DNA of 57,015 nucleotides, from the IMG/VR virus record IMGVR_UViG_3300046170_000256, one strand, 5' to 3'. This DNA comes from a virus. A program made the position numbers and the translations under genes. Shown here piece after piece: positions 44,894 to 51,676 of this stretch (position 1 is the stretch's first letter; every line of letters begins with the position of its first letter). Under the pieces are notes generated by a model that was not told the origin of the DNA, searched no databases, and saw nothing but the letters and a program-made list of their open reading frames with translations.

Positions 44894-45762
44894 GCTCCCT
44901 CCTGATACTGGTCACAAAACTGAGCGACCTTGCAGTAGTTATCTGCACATCGAGTGTACTTGCCAACGCGGTGATCAATGTGAAACTTAGGGTCTGACTT
45001 GTCAGCAATAAAGGACTTGGCCCCGGACTCTGAATCAAAGACTCGGGTTGCTCGCTTGTTTTTTCCAGACATCACGGCATACGAATCCTCCTTCTTCCAC
45101 CGTTCCTGATCACTGCACAGGGGAAGCGAGCCGCCAGTGAGCCTGTCAAACTCAGCGTTTTGATGTAGCTGGACACGCCCACGGACGTAATCATCTCGCT
45201 CCTGCTGACTCCACAACGGCACATCAACCACAGTGATTGGCGCCTCTGGATAGTTAGACTCCATAGTTGCCTTCATGCGTTGCCAATCCCTCAGTACAGC
45301 GACAATCTGTAGTGACTTAACCTCAGCGCCCTTACAATGCTCGACTAGCCATGCGTAGAAGTTAAGTTGCTTCTCCCACTCTGGCTTGCCATGAACCACC
45401 GACCACACGGACGTGCACTTATAGTCCAAGACTGTGACTGTGCCGTCATCTTCAGATCTTTGTATATCTATGGCGCCACTGATAACCCAGTTGTCTACCT
45501 CCGCATACAGCCGCTCCTCAGATATATGACCGTCTGCGTCATGCTGTTCAAACACCTTGTGCACTGCGGTCCCCAGTACAGACCACACCATATCAGCGGC
45601 GTCCTCAGTAAGCTGACTCTCATGCTCCTTCCGCAGTATTCTCACGCGGGGAGAGTCTATAAGCTGAGTGACCGACCGATTGCTATCGCCCTTGGAGTAA
45701 TCACTATGAGTCAGTGATAAGAAGACCGGCTCAGGTAGGTTGGTTTGATTCGTAATGATCAT
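44890..45762 (-). CDS. PD-(D/E)xK exonuclease, Cas4/RecB-like
   Basis: GTAVH..FE, GAIDIQ, VLDYKCT, and a C-terminal Cys cluster CADNYCKVAQFC. Confidence 0.65.
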   Translation of the reverse strand: MIITNQTNLPEPVFLSLTHSDYSKGDSNRSVTQLIDSPRVRILRKEHESQLTEDAADMVWSVLGTAVHKVFEQHDADGHISEERLYAEVDNWVISGAIDIQRSEDDGTVTVLDYKCTSVWSVVHGKPEWEKQLNFYAWLVEHCKGAEVKSLQIVAVLRDWQRMKATMESNYPEAPITVVDVPLWSQQERDDYVRGRVQLHQNAEFDRLTGGSLPLCSDQERWKKEDSYAVMSGKNKRATRVFDSESGAKSFIADKSDPKFHIDHRVGKYTRCADNYCKVAQFCDQYQEGA

Positions 45763-45992
45763 GCGATTCTAAAAACCCTCATGCCGCCATCAGACTTGAC
45801 GGTGCTAAACTTCTTGGGTTCATTCTGCCTCTGAAACCTCGACACTCTCTGACGCAAAGAAGCTACGGCTTGGTAGTCTTGATCGGGCAAGGGCACGAGA
45901 AACGAGTCGCCTATCTCCATGTCGCCAAACGGTAGCTCTGGTAAGCGGGTGCGTTGCGGCATTGGTATGTCTTTCTCTATAGCAATAGTCAT
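45759..45992 (-). CDS. Hypothetical small protein
   Basis: ATG 45992 has AAGAGGAAG upstream. The longer ORF to 46031 lacks an SD. Confidence 0.45.
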   Translation of the reverse strand: MTIAIEKDIPMPQRTRLPELPFGDMEIGDSFLVPLPDQDYQAVASLRQRVSRFQRQNEPKKFSTVKSDGGMRVFRIA

Positions 45993-46169
45993 AAAGCTCT
46001 GCTTCCTCTTGTTCCTGTATTCGATAAACATGTCGGCCCATCTTGCTCATGGGTGCTCTCCGGTTGATAATGTTGTGCCGCATTCAACCCAATCGGGGCG
46101 GCACTAACCGATGTAATGCCCCCCACAAAAGGGGCTGGGTGTAGATAAGTAAATAACGGTAGAGGGGCA

Positions 46170-46580
46170 ATGTCAAATAATATATTGAACATAACTATAT
46201 ATGGTGAGCCATGCAGTAAGGCTAACAGTAGAAGGCTAGTGAAGAGTAAGACTGGGCGCCCGCTGTTCATTAAATCACAGAAGGCACTGGACTATGTGAA
46301 GACCTTTGAGAAGCAGTGCAAAAAGATTGATCCGCTTTTTGAAAAAGATGTAGCGGTAAAAATCACAATCTATTATGCTAGCCGAAGACCTGATCTGGAT
46401 GAGTCTTTAATACTAGATTGCATGCAGGGACTGGTTTATAAAAACGACAGGCAAGTCAAGGTTAAACACATAATATGGGGTGGGGTTGACAAAGATGACC
46501 CAAGAGCAGTAATCAGTGTCTGGAATATACAAGACAGTTTATGCGAAGGTGATTGGTCAGGCGATCAAGGATCTGATTAG
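46170..46580 (+). CDS. rusA: RusA-like Holliday junction resolvase
   Basis: IYGEPCSKANSRR...RRPDLDESLILDCMQGLVYKNDRQV matches the RusA DLDN...D.L...DD.QV core. Confidence 0.7.
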   Translation: MSNNILNITIYGEPCSKANSRRLVKSKTGRPLFIKSQKALDYVKTFEKQCKKIDPLFEKDVAVKITIYYASRRPDLDESLILDCMQGLVYKNDRQVKVKHIIWGGVDKDDPRAVISVWNIQDSLCEGDWSGDQGSD

Positions 46581-46758
46581 TAACCAGCCGCACCTCAGAG
46601 ACGATGCAATTAAATACTTGCAGTCGCCAGCATTCCTCAAGCATTGTTCCATTGCCGGCTATCCTTTCGGGCTTCAAGACGCGCTCGATGAGATGCTATT
46701 GCTCAGCAGAACAGAGCAACGTGTCGTGGCACAAATGCTTATGGATGAGTTGGAATGA
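46516..46758 (+). CDS. Hypothetical protein (start uncertain)
   Basis: 80-aa ORF with a GTG start that overlaps rusA by 65 nt. Confidence 0.35.
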   Translation: MSGIYKTVYAKVIGQAIKDLISNQPHLRDDAIKYLQSPAFLKHCSIAGYPFGLQDALDEMLLLSRTEQRVVAQMLMDELE

Positions 46759-46764
46759 AAAAAA

Positions 46765-46781
46765 CCCCACTGGTGGTGGGG
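46765..46781. terminator. Hairpin CCCCAC-tggtg-GTGGGG preceded by an A7 run
   Basis: 6-bp GC stem. The T-run is on the minus-strand side only, so directionality is ambiguous. Confidence 0.35.
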
Positions 46782-46796
46782 CTAGGGGGGAAACGT

Positions 46797-46897
46797 CTAG
46801 GTCTTAATCCTCTAGGACTGTCATAAGCTAGGACTTATCTAAGGTTTAAACTTAGTAAGTACCTAAGCTAGGACTGTCCTAAGACTAGGATTGTACT
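46797..46897 (+). promoter_or_regulatory. Cluster of five CTAGG(A/T)YTNNNNT motifs (iteron- or operator-like)
   Basis: CTAGGTCTTAATC 46797, CTAGGACTGTCAT 46812, CTAGGACTTATCT 46828, CTAGGACTGTCCT 46868, CTAGGATTGTACT 46885. An AT-rich stretch follows, then the primase-helicase gene. Confidence 0.55.
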
Positions 46898-46943
46898 AGA
46901 TGTTTCCATAATTATCACAAAAATTAAGCAAAGGCAAACGCTT

Positions 46944-48692
46944 ATGCAGGCCATAGATGAGTTCGTCTTGGGCTTTGGGGACAACATTAGGACTAGGTGC
47001 CCAGAGTGCGGAGACCAGCGAAAAAAGAAAAACGAGAAAACATTTAGCATAACTGTTCACCACGACCACTCAGTGTTTATGTGTCACCACTGCGGGTTGT
47101 CGGGGGCTGTCAAAAGAAAAAAGTTTTGGGAGGAATATCGAGTGAGCAAACCAGAGAAGGTCGTAAAGATACCAACGCAATTAAATTACAATGTAGATGT
47201 GATCAAAGATTTTTTTCATGGACGAGGCGTAGAGCTTGATAGCCTTGACCAGTTACCTGCAATGACTACCGGTGAGCGATGGTTTGCTGGAGAGCAGAAG
47301 CAGGCAGTAGGATTTATATACGGCAGTCGAGAAAATCCATCAGCGATTAAGTGGCGATCCGTGGACGGGAAGTTTTTTACCTGCGAGGGTGCGCCCCGTA
47401 GCTTCTACGGTATCGAAAACGTGGGTGCAAGCGATGATGAATTGACGATAGTTGAGGGGGAGTGTGATGTCATAGCTCTGGCTAGCGTCGGAATCAAGGC
47501 GGTTTCCTGCCCAAATGGAGCGCCGGCAAAGGTAAGTCAGAATCGGGTAAGCCCAGAGGAGGACGGCAAGTTTGCCTATATCTGGGAGGAGAGGGAGCGC
47601 CTTGAGCAATGCAAGCGTGTCGTGCTGGCAACAGACAACGACGTGCAAGGTGAGGCTCTTGCTGAGGAGATAGCCCGCAGAGTAGGCAGAGCTAAGTGCT
47701 GGCGGGTTAAGTTCCCAGAGGATATTAAAGACGGTAATGATGCGGTCAGGGAGTTGGGTGAGGGCGAAACTCATAGCCTGTTTGACAACCCCGAGCCGGT
47801 GCCACTGTCCGGTGTGTATGGCGCATCAGACTATCTCGATAGCATCAGAGAGATATATTCCAACGGCCACGGAAGAGGTGCATCGACAGGCTTCCCTGCT
47901 ATTGACGAGTTATTTACAGTGGCTGAGGGTCAGCTATCCATTGTGACCGGCATGCCATCCTCTGGTAAGTCTGAGTTCATCGATCAGATTATGATAAACC
48001 TAGCGCAGAATGAGTCATGGAAGTTTGCTGTCTGCTCTTTTGAAAACCCACCGCACATGCACATCGCCAAGCTAGCCGAGAAGATTACAGGCAAGCCATT
48101 CTATGACGGCCTTACTCCTCGCATGACAGAGGATGAGCTAGAGACAGCGGTTGAGTTTATCAACGAGCACTTTGTTTTTCTGGAGTCCAAGGATGGGGGC
48201 ATGGCAACCATCGACAGCGTGATAGATCGGACCAAGCAGGCGGTGATGCGTCTGGGTGTGCGCGGACTGCTGATAGACCCATACAATTACATCGAGCAGT
48301 CAGGACAAGAAGAACATTCTGGCATCTCTCACATGCTCAGCAAGATCACATCGTTTGCCAAGGCACACGGCATTCACGTCTGGTTCGTTGCCCACCCTCA
48401 GAAGATGTACCCGCGAGAGGACGGCACTTATTCTGTACCGAAAGGCATGAACATATCTGGATCGGCGGCATGGTTTGCAAAGGCTGACCTTGGTATCACA
48501 GTTCATCGGACAGATGAGTGCGTGGAAATACACTGCTGGAAGTCTAGGTTCAAGTGGGTAGGACAGCAGGGCGTGTCGGCTCTTAGCTATGACTTGCCAA
48601 CAGGAAGGTATCAGCAGTTCACTCCACGAGTTGAGTTGCCGTCCAGCTTGAAAGGGAATCAAAGGGACTGGAGTGACTTCGATGACCTATAA
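46944..48692 (+). CDS. Bifunctional primase-helicase (zinc finger + TOPRIM + DnaB/gp4-like ATPase)
   Basis: CPECG...CHHCG, TIVEGECDVIAL, LATDNDVQGE, GMPSSGKSEF (Walker A), LLIDPYN (Walker B). Confidence 0.8.
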   Translation: MQAIDEFVLGFGDNIRTRCPECGDQRKKKNEKTFSITVHHDHSVFMCHHCGLSGAVKRKKFWEEYRVSKPEKVVKIPTQLNYNVDVIKDFFHGRGVELDSLDQLPAMTTGERWFAGEQKQAVGFIYGSRENPSAIKWRSVDGKFFTCEGAPRSFYGIENVGASDDELTIVEGECDVIALASVGIKAVSCPNGAPAKVSQNRVSPEEDGKFAYIWEERERLEQCKRVVLATDNDVQGEALAEEIARRVGRAKCWRVKFPEDIKDGNDAVRELGEGETHSLFDNPEPVPLSGVYGASDYLDSIREIYSNGHGRGASTGFPAIDELFTVAEGQLSIVTGMPSSGKSEFIDQIMINLAQNESWKFAVCSFENPPHMHIAKLAEKITGKPFYDGLTPRMTEDELETAVEFINEHFVFLESKDGGMATIDSVIDRTKQAVMRLGVRGLLIDPYNYIEQSGQEEHSGISHMLSKITSFAKAHGIHVWFVAHPQKMYPREDGTYSVPKGMNISGSAAWFAKADLGITVHRTDECVEIHCWKSRFKWVGQQGVSALSYDLPTGRYQQFTPRVELPSSLKGNQRDWSDFDDL

Positions 48693-49161
48693 ATCACCGA
48701 CTGATCTGGGTACGCCAGAGATACACAAACGCCACAGCGTGATGGTTGAGGGCGGTAGCCTGCCCCGCGCCAAGGTGATGGACCAGACAGTTGTAGACCG
48801 CATGCTTATGAATGGCTTGCTGACACTGGCCCAGCATCAGGCCGCTGAGTATCTGTTAAGTCAGGCATCTCAGGCGGGCATCTTTGCCAAGCCCTTAAAC
48901 TACGAGCCAAGGGCGTCAGGAGGTATGTCAAAGGGCGGGCTTGAGAGCGATCAGCTTATGAGGTACTCCAAGACTATTGGGCTGGTGACCAAGCGGTTCG
49001 GTCACTACGCCAGCTATATTGTTGAGGAGGTTGTCTTGCACGACTGGGATGTGTCTGATAGTCCTGACAAGTTAAAGACATTAAAGAAGGGTTTGGATTG
49101 GATTGCTGACAGGAGAATGTCGGGAGGGAGAAACCCAGTTCGTCACTTGCAACGTGGGTAG
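48682..49161 (+). CDS. Hypothetical protein
   Basis: ATG 48682 with GGAG 8 nt upstream. Overlaps the primase stop. Confidence 0.5.
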   Translation: MTYKSPTDLGTPEIHKRHSVMVEGGSLPRAKVMDQTVVDRMLMNGLLTLAQHQAAEYLLSQASQAGIFAKPLNYEPRASGGMSKGGLESDQLMRYSKTIGLVTKRFGHYASYIVEEVVLHDWDVSDSPDKLKTLKKGLDWIADRRMSGGRNPVRHLQRG

Positions 49162-49162
49162 T

Positions 49163-49226
49163 GCGGTGGGTGACTAGAAAAAGATTCAATGATACCCCCC
49201 CTCTTTCTAGTCTTCGACGCCACCGC
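49163..49226. terminator. Long imperfect stem-loop between convergent operons
   Basis: GCGGTGG (49163) pairs with CCACCGC (49220). CTAGAAAAAG (49174) pairs with CTCTTTCTAG (49201) with one mismatch. Confidence 0.35.
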
Positions 49227-49250
49227 TCGCCGTAGGGAGTGGGGGGATGT

Positions 49251-49451
49251 TTAGAGTTCCACTGTCTTGTCGGACTGCCTGTAAGCGTAAAGCTCCTTGG
49301 CCATCTTCATCTGATCGAATGGAGTCAGTGACTTCCAATGGAATTTGTTGTTGATAAAGGACTCTAATCGCTCCTGAGATATGACCTCTTCGGAGTCAAG
49401 TAGCGATAAAACAATGTCCTTAATTGCGTTTGCTGACCGGTTAGTTATCAT
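49251..49451 (-). CDS. Hypothetical small protein
   Basis: 66-aa ORF. Confidence 0.5.
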   Translation of the reverse strand: MITNRSANAIKDIVLSLLDSEEVISQERLESFINNKFHWKSLTPFDQMKMAKELYAYRQSDKTVEL

Positions 49452-49654
49452 CAGAAGTCCCTCGGATAGTCAGACCAGAATGAGTAGCCGTAAATCTCGG
49501 CACCTCTAACGTAACGCATAAGGGTGGACTGTGCCACCCCTACCATGATCGCAATCTGCCACCAGTAATAGCCCTCTTCGGCAAGCTCAAACGCTTTCGC
49601 TACTTCAGACTTGCTTAGAGCAAACTTCTTACCGGCAAGTCGCTCGCCTGTCAT
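49451..49654 (-). CDS. Small HTH DNA-binding protein
   Basis: ATGA-coupled start at 49654. LSKSEVAKAFELAEEGYYWWQIAIMVGVAQSTLMRYV. Confidence 0.55.
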   Translation of the reverse strand: MTGERLAGKKFALSKSEVAKAFELAEEGYYWWQIAIMVGVAQSTLMRYVRGAEIYGYSFWSDYPRDF

Positions 49655-50142
49655 ATAACTTGCAAGACGCCAAGCGCAACCAACAACAGGACAAGCCAAG
49701 CACCTGCGGCTCCAGCGGCACCTAACACCATGAGGTGTCCCATGCGCTCTTCAAACAGTGCACCGCCAGAATAAGGTATATCACTATCCTTCTCTGGTTG
49801 AGACGGTGCTGGCTTCTTGGTGGCTACCTTCTTCTTTGCCACTGCCCTGCGAGCAACGCCCTTGCGTTTGCTGGGTGCGCGCTTGCTCATCACCTTGCTC
49901 GGGCCAGCTAGATTGGCTTGACGTAGCTTCTTTCTGAGCTTGAACGCTCGCATCTCGACCGACTTCTTAGTTCGGTTAAGCTGAAAGGCAATGTCCTCAT
50001 AGGGCGCACCGTCAGCCATCATTTCATACAGAACCATGTCATCTTCTGCCGTCCACCTGTACCGGATAGGCTTCAGTTCTAGCTGTTTGTTAAGAGCTAT
50101 TGCGTGGTCCATCTCGGCATCACTTAGTGATATATCATTCAT
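49651..50142 (-). CDS. Myb/SANT- or GcrA-N-terminal-like HTH protein with a C-terminal TM anchor
   Basis: RWTAEDDMVLYEMMADGAPYEDIAFQLNRTKKSVEMRAFKLRK, a K/R-rich linker, and the tail LMVLGAAGAAGAWLVLLLVALGVLQVI. ATG 50142 with AGAGGGA SD. Confidence 0.55.
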   Translation of the reverse strand: MNDISLSDAEMDHAIALNKQLELKPIRYRWTAEDDMVLYEMMADGAPYEDIAFQLNRTKKSVEMRAFKLRKKLRQANLAGPSKVMSKRAPSKRKGVARRAVAKKKVATKKPAPSQPEKDSDIPYSGGALFEERMGHLMVLGAAGAAGAWLVLLLVALGVLQVI

Positions 50143-50338
50143 TTGAACATCCCTCTTGATAGTTTGGATTAGGTTTAGTTGGTTGTTCTTCTTTGCACTC
50201 AACTTGTTGAGAGTAGTTGTTGGATCTAACAACCTCATCTTCGTAGCTTAAAGTTCCAGCGATTACGAACAAGAGTAGGATCGCGGCAATCAGCACCGCG
50301 TCAGCAAGGCAAGACTCTGACCAGTCATGCCGGTTCAT
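50135..50338 (-). CDS. Small membrane protein
   Basis: 67 aa with one TM (AVLIAAILLLFVIAG). Confidence 0.45.
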   Translation of the reverse strand: MNRHDWSESCLADAVLIAAILLLFVIAGTLSYEDEVVRSNNYSQQVECKEEQPTKPNPNYQEGCSNE

Positions 50339-50561
50339 TTAGTTGCTCCTCAATCAGGATCTCGATGTAGTGAATGGCCTTTCTGAGGTCAGACACGCCA
50401 CCCTTATCCCTGTGGCGAGACAGATACTTGATAGCGGCATGCTCGCAGATGCCCAGCTTATTCTTCATGCAATACTCAAGAGGCTGAATCTCTAGCTTCT
50501 TGTAGTGATCGCCATCGACTTGCCTATCTAATGCGCTCATGTCAGTGCCTCGTCGCCCCAA
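50325..50561 (-). CDS. DUF3310-like phage protein
   Basis: GDHYKKLEIQPLEY...AIKYLSRHRDKGGVSDLRKAIHYIEIL. Confidence 0.55.
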   Translation of the reverse strand: MGRRGTDMSALDRQVDGDHYKKLEIQPLEYCMKNKLGICEHAAIKYLSRHRDKGGVSDLRKAIHYIEILIEEQLNEPA

Positions 50562-50781
50562 TGAATTCAGAAATGACCCGTAGTGAAAGGTCGTATAACA
50601 TCTCAGTCACTTCCTCCACCGTCAGTTCATAGTCTTCGTCGTCAGTCCCGGCGATCTCCTTATCCCTGACAAGTTCACGGACAAAGCCATCGGTATCTTC
50701 TGCGTTCATGTACTGGACCACCGACTCTAGCGTGGCGATAGGCATGAACCTTTCGTCCACCTCAAAAACATCATCATCCAT
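50542..50781 (-). CDS. Small acidic protein
   Basis: ATG 50781 with AAGGAGG SD 6 nt upstream. 79 aa, D/E-rich. Confidence 0.5.
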   Translation of the reverse strand: MDDDVFEVDERFMPIATLESVVQYMNAEDTDGFVRELVRDKEIAGTDDEDYELTVEEVTEMLYDLSLRVISEFIGATRH

Positions 50782-51058
50782 TCCTAACCTCCTTGATGGT
50801 GATGCCCAATCCTCCGTGGCGTGTGCGATTCTTCTCATTAAACTTACCACCTACCATGTCAGTGGTACTGGCACCGCGTTCGATCTTCTGGATCTCACCT
50901 CCACGCTGTTCAAACTCTGCAATCTGTGCGGCAATCTTGTCCCGCACCTGTGCTCTTTTTTCGTTGGTCATTGCAATCTCCCTGATTGATGGCGCCCGTT
51001 GGTTCGGGCAGTTGGGGTGGTGGCCGTTGACCACCAGACATACTGGACATAACTTCAT
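50774..51058 (-). CDS. Hypothetical protein (alternative SD-backed start at 50971)
   Basis: 94-aa ORF. The N-terminal CPVC..HHPNC is present only in the long form. AGGGAG lies 7 nt before ATG 50971. Confidence 0.45.
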   Translation of the reverse strand: MKLCPVCLVVNGHHPNCPNQRAPSIREIAMTNEKRAQVRDKIAAQIAEFEQRGGEIQKIERGASTTDMVGGKFNEKNRTRHGGLGITIKEVRNG

Positions 51059-51103
51059 AAAATCCTCCCGTCAGAATGACAGATTGAATATATCATTATG
51101 TTT

Positions 51104-51292
51104 TTATTTCGTCGAGCGTTTCTTGTGAAAGGTTAAGATAACGTCAGTCTCCTCCTCAAGCCCCTTGATAATGCGATCAAGGGCTACTCGCGGAGTTGAT
51201 AAGGTTTGACCGCTGATATTCATAATCAACAGTTGCTTCTTGATCTCTTTGAGCGCGTCATCAGATACGCTAAGCCTGATTGATTTCAACAT
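51104..51292 (-). CDS. Hypothetical small protein
   Basis: Start placed at the ATG that follows the conserved leader AAGGAGGGATCGCA. Confidence 0.5.
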   Translation of the reverse strand: MLKSIRLSVSDDALKEIKKQLLIMNISGQTLSTPRVALDRIIKGLEEETDVILTFHKKRSTK

Positions 51293-51325
51293 TGCGATCC
51301 CTCCTTGGGACTTGTTAAAAGTAAG
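51293..51325 (-). promoter_or_regulatory. Conserved 33-nt leader, copy B
   Basis: Minus strand reads CTTACTTTTAACAAGTCCCAAGGAGGGATCGCA then ATG. 29/33 identical to 51624-51656. Confidence 0.6.
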
Positions 51326-51332
51326 AGGTGCT

Positions 51333-51623
51333 TTAGACTCTAGGTATCCACCGCCCATTAACCTCAAGCCTTTTCTCTGGCTCCCCTGCTTCATCAATCA
51401 TTACATCCTTCAGCGTCTCGCTTGCCTTGTGCACTATCGAGAGCATGTCTGCCTGATCTTCACTATCCACCACGGCAAGCAGGTCATGCAAAAGCTCGTC
51501 AATAACTACAACCATCGTGCTTTTGCAGAAGTCGTTGCCATCCTCCATAACGTCGTAAACTTGTGAGGCAAAGTCCGCAGACTCAATCCCAATCAATTCC
51601 GAAATTGGTTTGTTGATATCCAT
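51333..51623 (-). CDS. Hypothetical small acidic protein
   Basis: Start placed at the ATG that follows the conserved leader GAGGAGGGATCACA. Confidence 0.5.
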   Translation of the reverse strand: MDINKPISELIGIESADFASQVYDVMEDGNDFCKSTMVVVIDELLHDLLAVVDSEDQADMLSIVHKASETLKDVMIDEAGEPEKRLEVNGRWIPRV

Positions 51624-51656
51624 TGTGATCCCTCCTCGGGACTTGTTAAGAATAAG
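51624..51656 (-). promoter_or_regulatory. Conserved 33-nt leader, copy A
   Basis: Minus strand reads CTTATTCTTAACAAGTCCCGAGGAGGGATCACA then ATG. Confidence 0.6.
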
Positions 51657-51672
51657 GGGGCGCGTGGCCCCC
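51645..51672 (-). terminator. Rho-independent terminator after the VWA gene
   Basis: Minus strand reads GGGGGC-CACGC-GCCCCC followed by TTATTCTT. Starts 5 nt after the stop codon. Confidence 0.6.
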
Positions 51673-51676
51673 GTGA

